Part shown: positions 1-12,800 of the stretch, one piece after another
How positions within the stretch are numbered: position 1 is the first letter of the stretch
How the letters are laid out: each line of letters begins with the position of its first letter
DNA from: Botryllus schlosseri
Taxonomy: Eukaryota
Assembly: GCA_051294905.1 (NCBI GenBank)
Contig: CM119375.1
Location: 9,920,001-9,984,000 of the forward strand
Length of the DNA stretch: 64,000 nt
Reading direction: 5' to 3'
Translations under genes and position numbers: made by a program
The notes under the pieces: generated by a model
Seen by the model: only the letters and a program-made list of their open reading frames with translations
What the model was told of the DNA's origin: nothing
Database searches by the model: none

Positions 1-1
1 A

Positions 2-136
2 AAAGAGGTCGCGTCCGGCACGAGTCCGGCAGATTGCGATTTCGGCAAAATTACGATTCAAGAGACAAAGATCCGACTGTCAAAGATAGCTTTGCTGTGT
101 GTTCTTGCTATTACTGTTCTCTTTGTCATATATTAA
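2..136 (+). CDS. Last-exon fragment of a tandem paralogue of the sulfotransferase-family gene at 6834-13645 (truncated by window edge)
   Basis: Frame 2 reads KEVASGTSPADCDFGKITIQETKIRLSKIALLCVLAITVLFVIY* (TAA 134-136). It aligns with the C-terminus of the downstream gene, KVASGQYDYDCGYRNTVLKQTVLRIVIALALVTALISYFVHSW (shared VASG, DC, T..R..IAL, hydrophobic tail). AATAAA at 222-227. Confidence 0.8.
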   Translation, partial: KEVASGTSPADCDFGKITIQETKIRLSKIALLCVLAITVLFVIY

Positions 137-221
137 GGTAGCCATGAAATAGAATTTTAGATAATACGGCGGATTATGTACAATTGTACATGCTTTATAT
201 TTATACGATAAAACACTGCTA

Positions 222-227
222 AATAAA
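222..227 (+). terminator. Candidate polyadenylation signal of the upstream sulfotransferase paralogue
   Basis: AATAAA 86 nt after the stop codon at 134-136. Confidence 0.45.
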
Positions 228-2309
228 GCTGTGTGGTCTAATTGAAAATCAAATCACTTATGAGGAGGCGCGGGCCATTGGTTGGTCTTCAAAACTTATC
301 TGGATTCGTATAGACGGCGATATCGCACCTGTCAAAGTAAAAAATGTATCGCATGCACGTTCTTGATTAAAACGAAACTATTAAGAAATTGATTGATCTT
401 GAGATTTCGACCAACTCAGAACCTCGTGTGAGACTGTAAGGTAATGTAGCGTTAGTGGTTTGATCTTTCACCTGTCTCGCATAGATTAATCTTTGCAATT
501 TACGACGTATATTAGTTAGTGTCAGCAATGGTCGAGCCTTGACAAAATTTCTATCGTGCATTTGTAAGTACACTGAGCGGCTGACTCCAGTCGACAGAGA
601 AGGACTGATAACAGAGCACGCTGTGATCAGTACGTTCCTCCTGTTCCAGGAATCGCAAATGGATTTATCTTATAGTTCAACGGTGGAAGTATTTGAAAAG
701 TTTCCGATGCATAATTATCTAAGGTATATTTCCATGGAAAATTGCGGTCCTCTAGGGATGACGAAGCAAATTATACTATTCTCACTACAGGGTGCAGACG
801 TAAACAGAGAGTGAGGCTGTAAGTGTGACGACAAGCAGTGTCGTGTATCCCAGATGGTTACTAACTTTTACGTTATCACATACGTGATCAAAGATCATTC
901 ATACAAAATATAAACTTACCATCATCTACGAAAACTGTTTGGTTAGATCAATTTAACGACGGATGCTATGCAAAGCAGATGCATGCGTGCTGCAAATATC
1001 ACGGCGAACATTGAACTATTGCTAGTCTAAACAAAGCATGTTACCTGAGGCTATTTTCGAACAAGGTCAGACGATGTTCAGATCAATATTTTAAGTTTCG
1101 CGCGGTTGCGTCGCTTGCAACAACACTACAGAAGTCTCAATGTTGTGGTCCGTTCTCAACTTACGCTGTTGCGCCGTTTTCCCTCTGGAGGTCTACTAAG
1201 GTAATTGATTAGTGTATCAGTTTCAGTATGCAGTTCTTACGTCGGATGTACAGTTAGTTGTATTGTAAGGCAGTTGTTCGCAAACACTTTAATCCATAAT
1301 TTATATAGCTGACTCAAATGTGCTTTGGGTTTAGCTTTAGATGTTTCCTGCTTAAATTTCATAGCTGCTTATGATTCGTTGCCCGATGACATAGCGGGGG
1401 CCACATTCCCCTCGTCTAAGGCAAGGGGTGCCAAACTCGCTGCTCACCATGCAATTTGAAGTGGCGGACGAACGCTTCGCTGATTTGAAAATAAATGATC
1501 AAGAATGTGATGTGAACCAATCCCTATTTTCCATTATATCACAGGCTAGTCCAGTGGTTCTTAACCTTTTTTCCTCCAGCGCCCCCTTTCAAAAATTATC
1601 GTGCTCTAGCGCCCCCCCAACTTCATATTCTAAGGAATGTAATAAATATAATGAGTAAGAGGGAGGGCCGTAACAGCACTTCGTCAAACCCCCTAAAAAC
1701 GATTGCCTTGCGCACCCATAGCGTGATAAACCAAATTTCTGAGGGCTTCGCCCCCACGAACCCCATAGCGTGATTTCACTGGTCAGCAAAGTTTGTGTGG
1801 TCTGGTCGCCCTAGGTACCAAAATTTTCTATAATTCATGAATGAATAGGTGGTAATTACATATATAAGTCGCTCAGCCCACGTAATCAGATTTACCAATA
1901 GCGCTGAGTGAGCTGTTGTATAGGAAAATAAAGGGCACGTAATTAAACATATTCGGATGTGCCCGTAGGTACAATTATTCGTTACCAGGGCCGTAACAGC
2001 ACTTCGTCAGCCCCCCCAAACAAAAAACGTTGGTCCTGGGCCCCCATCGAGTGATAGACCAAACTTCCGGGGGACTTCACCCCCAGACCCCCATTCGGCT
2101 GTCCGCTACTTGCTGATACTATGTATCTACATTGGGTGCGAAGCGCGAAAAATTTCACTAATTAATGATTGAATTGGTCAATATGATCGGGAATTGCATG
2201 TATATTGAAATCAATTTTTATCCTCTCCCAGCTCACATAAACAGATTAACCGGTAATTAACGCTGAGTGATGAGTGATTGAAAAGGTAGTACCCCTCAAT
2301 AATAATTAT

Positions 2310-3932
2310 TAGGGTTGTCCATAATTTGGAAAATCTCAAAAAAGATGCGTATCCATGTCTCATTCTGTAGATTATTGATAAAAAACATCAATGAACCTGC
2401 AATAACCTCATAGGAAAGTCTTTAACATTTGTCTAAATGCGTTTGAAAATAGCCGCCGTAGAGTGGGCGTGTTATCGACCATAGAACGGCGAGAAGACTA
2501 GTAATCACGAAATCAAGTCTCTTGATTGGTTAATTAGCTATGCTTGAATGGTCACGACCACAGCGGCTTGCTGATTATGTGCTTATACTAGTTCAAGAAG
2601 TTCGCTAACGGCAATGATTCTGAAAGCGCATTGTACGTTGGTGATTTAATAATTAAATAAGACATCTGGTCATTGAATGTTTTAGTGTTAAAACTAGATA
2701 CCGATAGGCGATAGCTTTAGTGCAACAATAACCTATTGCAGGCATGACAGAGGTGAAACAGCGAATGATTGTGAACTTATAGAAGTAAGTATAGATACCA
2801 GAAATAGCCTACATATCTGATATGCTTGAGATTACATCAAGTGGTCCTGTTTTTCTGGGTGCAGGTAAGGTATATTAGACATCGCCAAACTAGTGTAGCA
2901 TACCATGTGATATGGATTCTGGACACAATCCTGTATGCTCAGAAGATATGTGGGCCGACCTGGTAGCTTATATTGGATTTCTGAAGAAGACTGTAAATAC
3001 CACACCGCTTCAATACATCATTTTTATGTCCATGTCTGGTTTGATTCAAGCATTAGTCGTGATGCAGCCTGTAATGATCTAAGATTCATTAAGGGCATGC
3101 TAAGCAATGCAAGCAAACTGTCTTTTTGCTGGTCCTACCAGCATAGTCTGTGCTTATCTTTAGACCTCTTTTCGTGGCATCATTGAGGACTTTGACAGCA
3201 CTTGCGGGTATGATTCATTATGCTGCAATAATCTGACAAGGGCCAAGTATAAATGACAGATTCATCCAGCCCTTACAGCATTCAAGACTTCAATTATATA
3301 CCACGACAACAGCCTAATAAGATCAGACAAAGTAGTGTCAATGTCAAGCTTTCTATTTGTATTCAATGATGGTACATCCCCTCTGAAACTAGAAATTCGT
3401 TTGCCACTTGTATAAGCGCCTTTGCAATATTTTTCCGCTTGTTTTTGTGCTTTCCATCAATGAAATCAAGGCATACAGGCTACAACGGTTATCTTCACAA
3501 TACGCCATCATGTCATGTATTTAAAGATATTGTGAAACAGCTGTTCTTTGTTCATCATGTGTTTCGTTACTCAACATGTTCTGAATTAATCCTAAATCAT
3601 GATTGGCGGACCAACCTACAATGCGCTTACAGAATCACCGCCGTTAGCCGATTCCTTGACCAGCTGATCAACGAGCCGCCAATGTCGTGATCATTGAAGC
3701 GTAGCAGATTAGCCAATCAAACGCCGTGATTTCGTGATTACTAGTCTGCTTGCCGTACTATGGTCGCTGACACGCCCACTCTAAGGCAGCTACTTTCAAA
3801 CGCATTTAGACAAATGTTAACGACTTTCCCGTGAGCTTATTGCAGGTTCATTGACGTTTCTTAACTATAATCTATAGAATGAGTCATGGATACGCATAAA
3901 TTTTGAGATTTTCCAAATTATGGACAACCCTA
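2310..3932. mobile_element. TAGGG-ended DNA transposon with imperfect TIRs of about 270 bp
   Basis: TAGGGTTGTCCATAATTTGGAAAATCTCAAAA ... TTTTGAGATTTTCCAAATTATGGACAACCCTA; arms pair over about 2310-2580 and 3660-3932; perfect 8-bp TSD ATAATTAT. Confidence 0.9.
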
Positions 3933-4227
3933 ATAATTATACATCTTCCGACGCATACCCGTTGGCAGGAACGAAACGTCACTTCGTCAGGTCCCCGAAA
4001 AAACTTGGGTCTTAGGCTCCCATAGGGTGATAAATCGACCGCCTCACATCACGTTGTTCGTTTTGCCACGGAATCAGCTGTACTGTTTAGCGAGCTAGTG
4101 CGAAGCGCGAAAACTTTCGATAATTCAAGATAAAATCGGTCAGTAAGATCTGGGATTGCATATTGCTATCAATTTCTCGTCCTCTCTGCTCACGTTACCA
4201 GATTGGCCGGTAGAGCTGAGTGAGGTG

Positions 4228-4412
4228 CAATGTTTCCTCCAAGCTGCGCACGTGCACAGTGCTGACACGGTCTCTGCGCACGAAAAATCTACGTTGCGCA
4301 CAACAAATCCGAAGTTATGACCTTTTTTTAGTCGTTACGCACTGTTGTCCAAGGGTCAGCGCAGTGAGTTGTTGAGTGTGCGCAGACTCATCAAAACTTA
4401 AAGCGAACATTG
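4228..4412. mobile_element. Small MITE nested in family B
   Basis: CAATGTTTC ... GCGAACATTG ends; flanking duplication (G)TGAGGTG; interrupts otherwise continuous family-B sequence. Confidence 0.6.
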
Positions 4413-5246
4413 TGAGGTGTCTTGGAAACTGTAGGGCCCGTAACTAACAATTAAACATATTCGGGCGGGCGAACCCGTTGGTATGACTTCGTTGCATGAT
4501 GTTATTTAGTGACCTCCTGTCTGCAATATCAAAAAATATAGAATCGCCCAACAGGGATATCGCCCAACAGGAATATCCCTCTCGCCCAATCGTACTAAAC
4601 TAAAAGACGCACACGATTTCAAATTGGTATTTCTTCACTGGCATATATTTTTCCCTGCCAGATGGAATTCGTCTTCTGGGGTTCGGATTGCCAAGACAGG
4701 AACATTCGATGCCAGTCATTTAGGCGCCCATGGACAACTAAACCTATATGTATTTTGAAGGCTATATATAACGAAGTTTTCGGTGGTAATTTGCTCTGAA
4801 TACTCATTAAGGATATGTCCTGTCACCACATCATCTACTGCGAAGCCATTTTTCTCCAGCGCCCCCCACACCGCCCCCCTGAGCCCAGCGCCCCCCATAT
4901 CGCCCCCTGATCGTTTCCGCCCCTTTTAAAATCGCCAGCGCCCCCTGGGGGGCGCTGGGGGCAAGGTTAAGAACCACTGGGCTAGTCGGTATCGAAATAT
5001 CCAGCCAATAAATCGGAAATTCGTAACCTAAGCACGGGAGTTACATCAATCGATTATATGCAGGGGATCCCCGTTTTTACCAACCAATAAGAGAAAGCGA
5101 TACAATTAACCGTTATTATGAAATATTTGTTGCCTCTTGTCTCCCCACGCCACGCATACAGTGACACTACGAAATATTGTTCTCGACAAGTAGACTACGA
5201 AACGGTATCTCGTCAGCTCCCAGAGCGCCCTAAAGTATGTCTGCAC

Positions 5247-5573
5247 TAGGGTTACCATATTTTGAGATCCAAAAAAGAGGAAACTTTTCAAAAACTTTGA
5301 AAGCTGAAATACCGGAAAAGAAGATGGTTAATTATAAAAGTTTTCGATCAATAGTACCTGTGTTGACTAACAAAAGGTCATCACTTCGACTCGACCTCCG
5401 TTTTGCCCGTTTTTCTACGAAACTCTGTCGCACGCTGTGTCGAGGTCGAGTTTTCAATGGCATTTTAATACTTTGGCTGTAAAAAGAGGACGCATTCTCC
5501 AAAAAGAGGACATTCAGGCATCCTCCGAGGACACTTTTAATTTATTGACAAAAGAGGACGTATGGTTACCCAT
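5247..5573. mobile_element. TAGGGTTACC-ended MITE with AAAAGAGGAC subterminal repeats
   Basis: Same family as 9768-10090; ends TAGGGTTACCATA / TATGGTTACCC; TSD not recognisable. Confidence 0.65.
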
Positions 5574-6077
5574 ATAGCATATTTTCAATTCGAAATCCAC
5601 GCTGTTACTACCCAATTATTACTGGTCTGTGTTTTTGAGATTGCCAGTTTGAGTAGGCTATTTGAGACACCGACTCCCGCACCCTGCCAGCGTTGAAACA
5701 TACTCTGCCTTTCATGCTATATCTCCCAGTGCAGGCCTCATTTCAACGACGTATTCGATTCTTATTGCCGTCTATAACTTTTTCCAAGTCAAATCGACTC
5801 CTTCTTACCTTAATTATATCATAATCATGCGGTGGCTCAATTCATAGGAATACAGTTCCTGTCATATTCCTTTTACACGTTACATCAAAGTCACATCTGT
5901 AATATATTCGGCCCTGAAATAACAGGCATTATACTGATGTGGCCCGCGTAAAACAGAGTTTGAGTCCCCTGGCCCTACAGCTTTTGTGGTCAAGGTCGAA
6001 GTTCGATACAGCAATATCGAATACCTTCTGGCGGGGTTAACGTATTATACAATTAACCCTCCCCGCAATCGAGCAAG

Positions 6078-6102
6078 TGATGTCACAACTTGGATTACGT
6101 CA
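6078..6102. promoter_or_regulatory. Two CRE/ATF-like motifs in the probable promoter of the sulfotransferase gene
   Basis: TGATGTCA (6078-6085) and TTACGTCA (6095-6102) in a CpG-richer patch about 150 nt upstream of a candidate first-exon donor (G|GTGAGT at 6256). Confidence 0.3.
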
Positions 6103-6833
6103 TGCGTAGAGCCGACAGCGGGGCGAATACGACATATGTAGCTCATGCTGACTATTTGCGGTTGATTCTAACGTGTACCGCGCTGATTGTTTCCATTGTT
6201 AGATGTTTGTTTGAAATGGCAACTGCTATCGAAAACGTGGTAAATTTCGTCTCGGGTGAGTGATTTTTATTTGCTCGATTTCCATATGCTTGACCAAAGA
6301 TGAAAGTCCATGTTCTGCCTCGGATTACTGTCCAATCGGTGGTATACAGTCAAACACGAGCTAGCGCGTTCGGAAAATATCGCCAGGTTTTATAACTACG
6401 AATACACTCCGCGCAGTCACTGTAGTGTACGTGTACGTATAATAGTAACTACATATCAGTCATGCAATCGGCGTAACATGCGCAGAATGAAATCTTGTGT
6501 TATGAAACGCCATACAGGCACGACTGAGCAATACTGCAAGAAGTTCATTATTCCATACTCATGAAAGACGAAGTGTTGATATCTATGTATATATCTTTAT
6601 ATTCACCATTAATTCCTTCGCTATACCTTGGAAGGGAAGTATTCCGTCCAAATACCAATCCCAGTACATGGTCAACACTCGCATAAGAGAATATTTACAC
6701 AGACTGTGCGTCAAATTAATACGAACAACTATGGCCGGCCATAATCATTCTACGTCCATTTTACAGCGCGCTGTGTGGTGTTCGCGTCTGACCCGGCGAG
6801 TGTGTAAGAGTCGACTGCTTATTCCGGTACGAA

Positions 6834-9800
6834 ATGAAGGTGATATGCGCCGGCATTCCCAAGACTGGGACTAAGACGATGGCGCAGGCTTTGCGGATGT
6901 TGGGCTATAACGTGCACGACGTTTTCGAGCAGTTTATTTACGACAGGAAGCTGTGGTATAAGGTAAGTTGATCATAGGAGCATTTGTGAGTCATAATGGA
7001 TAGCGTACTGTAAGGTTTCCGAGACTAAGAGACTTCGGTGGTACTCGCACACTGTAAATGTATGCGTGGAAGTCGAAGGTGAAAATCAGTTTATCGTCAC
7101 GTTCTGCTACAGCTACAATATGCTGATTTCATGCCCATTTTAATGACTGAAAACTAGCCAGATACCCCAATCCGGGGCTTACGATGCAGATCTATCCCAG
7201 GAGTGTAGGGTCCGATTTAGTTGTGTCACCTTTTTGCGACTTCACGTGGTGGTACCAGTGGCGTATGAACACGTGCTGCCGCTCCTAGCTTTCGTTGAAA
7301 ATGCCGCCCAAATTTTGTAACAGTTTCAAGCTTTTCAATTATATTTACTGGAAACCTTGTTGTGATTCAATACTTCTGTAGCGTTGACTAAAAAACGGTC
7401 ATCACCTCACATTTTCCCGCCTCCTTGCAGCCTGCGCCGCCCATGGCGATTAGACATAAGCGAAAAGTGGCTGCTACACCACTAGGTGGTAGCCTACACG
7501 ATGCAAAACCCGACAACATAACCATCGAATATATTTACCGAAGAAGTGGCGTACTTGAATAATTCACCCGTTTACAATGGGTGTAGGATTTTGTACTAGA
7601 AAGTGCCGTTTAACCAGAGACGTGCCGTCGATAATAAGAGAAAATTGTGGCGGCGTCTGACGATTTGGTACTGACGACGAATGACTAATTCTGAACATAT
7701 TTATTCAACCAAATTACGCAATTTCTATATTTATTGTTCATAAAAATAGCGCGAAAGGAGATACGAGGTGAAGATAAGCCAAGCTACATCTGTTCTACTA
7801 TAACAATTTTACCCCCTCGCACGCAGAAATTGGGGGGTTGCCGGCTAGAAAATTGGGGGCAATCCCATAATATCAATTTTACTTGGAGTTTTAGGTCATA
7901 GGTCGGGATATAAGAACCCCCTATTTTCGATTAAAAAAAGTTATTTTCACTCCACACCGTACTGTTATAGTGCAATTTACCATATACATGTTCGAATTTA
8001 GAATAACTAGTATCAATCGAATGCTATTGTGACATTGATTCCGGAAACACAAAAATTCATAATGTCGGTGAACCGGAACGCCCTAAAAATCGCCAAGTAA
8101 TATCGTTACGTACAATGACAGCACAGTGAAGGGGAGGGGCATTTTAATCTTCCGAATCGATTATTATATTGGCTTAACAATCCGACAATTGCAGCGCAGT
8201 GAAATAGCGCGCTACGGCCATCGACTTCGAACAAACGGTGTAGTACGAATTGCGAAGTTTTTTTAATGGTTTTGTTTTTTTAACAGTCTGTTTTTGCACA
8301 TTGCACAGTCCATTTTGTGCACCAGTAATCTACAGTTACTGTATCACATATGCAGTTAGATGTGTATTGCGCTAGACTTTTGTTTTTAATACTTGGCGAA
8401 AATTTGGGGTGTCGCGAAGGCTTGCAGATTATCGTAAGTGTTCCCCAGCATAGTAAAGGTTAAGAATAAGAACCACTGTTACAGGGTGAATTGGGTTATG
8501 CGATGATGACTAAGTTCTTCACAATTTTGTTAGTTTTATACCGTACCGACATGGTTTTCTGTTGGTAAAGTGGCGTTTCAACATAATGTAGACTTTTCAT
8601 CAAGTGCATTAATTCAATGTCATTGGTATTTTTTGATGCCATCTTGCTGGCGTTACCCCAGTGACACAGGAGTCGGGTGATGTCTTCTGCGTGCGCGGTT
8701 TTGTAGGGGTGATGGTGATATGACGTTTCTGCACGAATCCCGACATCTGTTACTACAGGTGTTGGACAACACTGCCACGAAAGAAGATTACATCGAAACG
8801 TTATCGGATGTCGACGCAGTTACTGATTTTCCCGCATGCTCGCTATGGGAACAAATACTCGACGCCTTTCCAGATGCCAAGGTAAAAACTACAGAATGGA
8901 GTTGACGAACATGCCACCCTGATCATATCAATCAGTGGTTAGTCACATGGTAATAATTCATACGCCATTATTGACCGTGAAGCAAATAACCAGCAGGTGA
9001 TAAGCGCCAAATTATTTTTCAATAAACAACTACAACAACATGACAGTATATAATATATTATTGAAATGTTTTAATCTTAAAATATACTGCATGGGTCGGC
9101 AACCCCCGACACGCGTGCCATTTGTGGCGCGCGAGATGATTTTCATGGCACGCCAAATGATTTGACGCACGTGACTTATTATAACCACGGTTTTGCAAAA
9201 AGTGAAACGGAAGTTTTAAAAATGTACAAAGCTCATGGGCGACCCATTTTGTTAGCCTTTTATATTCTCAGCGTTACTTTTCATTCGGTGTGCAATGCGT
9301 GCCTGCCTCTTCTTTACATCGCCTAGGCCCAGGTGGGTGTCTGATTTCAAAGGCTACTCCGAGTCGCTTCGCCACCATGCATTCTCTCTTTTCATTGTAT
9401 CGCAGTTTTGTGGTGTTGTGTTGTGGTGATAATATTAATAAACGGATACTGACACTGACCCAAAATTATTTCGTAAATCAACATGAAATACAGTCTTTTG
9501 GGGCAGATTATTATTAATCTTGAAAAAATTGTCCGCTCTCTTGGCGCGATTTACTAGAACCTGACTTTTTCGAATATAGCGTGGGAGCACCCCAAAAATA
9601 TTTAAAGAAATATGCATAATGTACAGAAATTAGTTCAGCCGTATTAGCAATCATGAAAGGATGACAACCGAATATCGCTTGAAACCGTTTGGATGCTTTA
9701 GTTTAGTCTAATCGTGTGCATGTGCACTGTGCAGTGTGCAGCCTGCGAGAGCGCGACTATTATATGATAGGGTTAGCATATTTTGGAAATCTGAAAAGAG

Positions 9801-12800
9801 GACTTGCAATACCGGAGGAAAATCCTGAAAAATGGTACATTTTTCCCACTTGGTGGTCGGTTGGCTAAAAAAGGGTCAACTTTCCGCCCAGCTCCCGAAA
9901 TCGCAGCCGGAGCGTTACTTCAGTGCTAATTTACTCTATATCATAGGATTTGGCCCTTTATTTAACCAAAATTCTCAAAAAAAGGACAAAATCTCAAAAA
10001 AAGAGGACATTTGGGCGTTCTCCGAGGACACTTTTAAAAAAGTCAAAAAAGAGGACAAATCCTCTTAAAAGAGGACGTATTGTAACCCTGTTATATGAAC
10101 CGGCATTTCAGCGCTGGGCATTTTCACGCAAGGACACACGACGCAGGCATAACGGCCGGTGGCATAACAGTATATTTATGTTTCGGTCCAACGTTTTTTC
10201 GTGCATCATGTAATTGATACTCACGCTAATTTTTCTGTTATATGACTACCACATAGTTATTAGTTACTAGAACTGCTGACATTGTCTACATTATTTGTGA
10301 CGTCATACTTTGGTGAATTGGGTTTCATATGATTTCTGTTTACATGGTTATTATTGTTCTCTTACTTTTTGACTAAGGACACACAAAAAGTCTTCGAGTT
10401 GAATATACGTTGATAACAATGGGCAGTGTGGTTCAAAATGTCGTACGTACGGTAAACAAGTCAGGGCTACGCCATTTTCTATAATGAATCAGGAAGCCAG
10501 CACCCTTGTCTGTAAGGTCACTGATCGAGATCAAGTTATATTAATCTGCCATTTTAAGTTAAAGGTCAGATACATTCGCATATTTCTCGATTATGACTGC
10601 TTCGTCTCATCACAGTTATAATGTATCATGTATCTATTGCTTTGTAGTGTAGCGCCTTAGAGAGCATTGGCTTGATGCCGCAGCACTTGTAGTCAATCAT
10701 TCAAAATCGTTCGTAATTGCAAAGTTGAACATTGCACCACGACACTGCTCTACTACATGAATATATAGTTTACTCTGAAACTTCTGTTAATTTATCCTAC
10801 TATTTCGAAATACTTCGCACAAGATCCAGTGGAGATATGCGTCACTATTTTCCTTCCTCAAAATAAATAGGTAAATAGATTAATCTGATTGCACACTATG
10901 GTGAGACGTTGGTAGGCAATAACTTCATCTTTTGACATCTGGATCATTATGTGAAAGCTGCTATTTAAAGATGTCATCACCTATTGACATTTGATTTAGT
11001 AGTGCGTAAAAGGTTTTCACTCTGACACCGATCTGACATCCTAAAAACGGCATCCAAATCAAATAGAGGTCCAGGACCGGATCCCTGAATCGAGCCAATA
11101 CTGAAAATAAACCGTTCTACAAGTCGGCAGCTCGAGGATCATAATAAAAATACCACGGCCTGTTTTAAATAACCATAGTTCTCGAAAACACCATGAATAC
11201 TAATACAACAACGTACGATTGTATTAAAGCGAGTCGTCGATAATATCGATAAAAACATTTCTATACAAGTGAATTGGGACAGACCTCAACAGACCGTTCC
11301 GTTTTTAAGAGTCTGTTCAAAATACAACTGTTTGGTCCAGATTTGGTCACTGAAAGGACATACCATAACACTCACTGTAACAGACAACAATAAAAATTGG
11401 GTGTACAATAAGTATATCACGATCTATACTGGTCGATTCCCAAGTAGGTCGTAGTTCAAGAAAAATAAAGTTGTTTACCAATGCTATAGACGGTTGCCTT
11501 TGCGAACAAGCGGCAAGTTTAAACATAGCAGGTGAATGTTGCAACATGCTACTTCACTTCTGTGCTTACGAGGTCGATAAATCTGTATGCTCATTCTCAC
11601 CGAAGATCCGAGTGGTACAATCAATACTTGATTTGCGAGCCCCCAATTACCTATTCTGAGCCCTCGCTATTGCAATTTACACATTACTCATTGGAAAAAT
11701 AGTCGTTTAACATTAAGTCCACATCACAAGCTTACCGTCGGGAAATTCACGCAAATAGATGTCATCGCGTCGTGGTGTAATAGGCACGTGAGTTGCTATA
11801 CATCATTGAGTGTGTCAATATCATTGCGCTTGTGCAGTTCGCTTTTTATTGCCTACACGTTATATATGATGGCACATAATCAACGGTGTTCTACTTTACA
11901 GGTAATTCTAATGGTGAGGTCGTCGGAGGATGAATGGTACAAAAGCATCAAGTATCATTTTAAACATATGTCAAACATGAAGTAAGTATATAAATCCATT
12001 AGTAGAATCTGCCTTTATAGTAGTAAGGGAGAGGGCAGCCGTAAAATTTCGCTTGGCATAGTTCGTTGAAATGTCCCGTATCGCCTATTACCAGTGATGG
12101 CGAATAGAATATACGTAGCCTATATCTTTCATTGCAGCAATACCAATTTGTCGCGGTTTCGACTCCGGGTCGATTCCAGAATCCCTAAATGATAAAGCTC
12201 AATCTAGGCTTCACATCGCCATCTGAACCGTATTAGTGGTGTCTTACAAATACCTATAGTACGAAAGTGTACCGCGCTATATAAGTCGGCAGCTCGGGAA
12301 TAATCAATAGGAATATCGGTCTGCTGTGAAATGACCACTGATGTCGACACTCTAAATATCGAAAGGCAACAACCGTGTCCATTCACAGTTTTTTAATATA
12401 TCTAAAATGGCGCTGATGATATTCAAAATATTTCAACTGTTATATCTATATATCGCTTGTTGAGACTGTATTGTTTCGATAAGACCCGAGATTTACACAA
12501 ATACATTATTCTTCACGTTTCAGTCAAGGCGTTCTTATGTACCCGGTCCTGAACCTTCTCTTGGGGCCATTGCATCGTGAGTTTCTGAAGTACATGGCTT
12601 CTTTTATTCCTGCTTGCCTTGGATCCGTTTATACCTGGGGAGCCGAGACAGAAGCGTTATTAAGGTATAGCACTCAAATATGAGGGTTTTGCTTTTAGAT
12701 AGGTTGCCCTGTTAATTTTACAGTTTGAGATACTAAATTACATTACCATGGGTAAAATTATGTAACATGTTGATTTTAATAAATTCGCATCACCATACGC

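Larger units (their letters stand above)
1663..4790 (+). mobile_element. Family B (CAGGGCCGTAAC-ended) element with its 5' unit of about 320 bp repeated three times head-to-tail
   Basis: Unit starts at 1663 (GAGGGCCGTAACAGCACTTCGTCA), 1986 (CAGGGCCGTAACAGCACTTCGTCA) and 3966 (CAGGAACGAAACGTCACTTCGTCA). Internal sequence matches copies at 32750, 38156 and 60250. Right boundary approximate. Confidence 0.7.
1552..4979. mobile_element. Non-autonomous hAT (family A, CAGTGGTTC ends) carrying nested insertions
   Basis: TIRs CAGTGGTTCTTAACCT / AGGTTAAGAACCACTG; perfect 8-bp TSD GGCTAGTC at 1544-1551 and 4980-4987. Confidence 0.9.
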
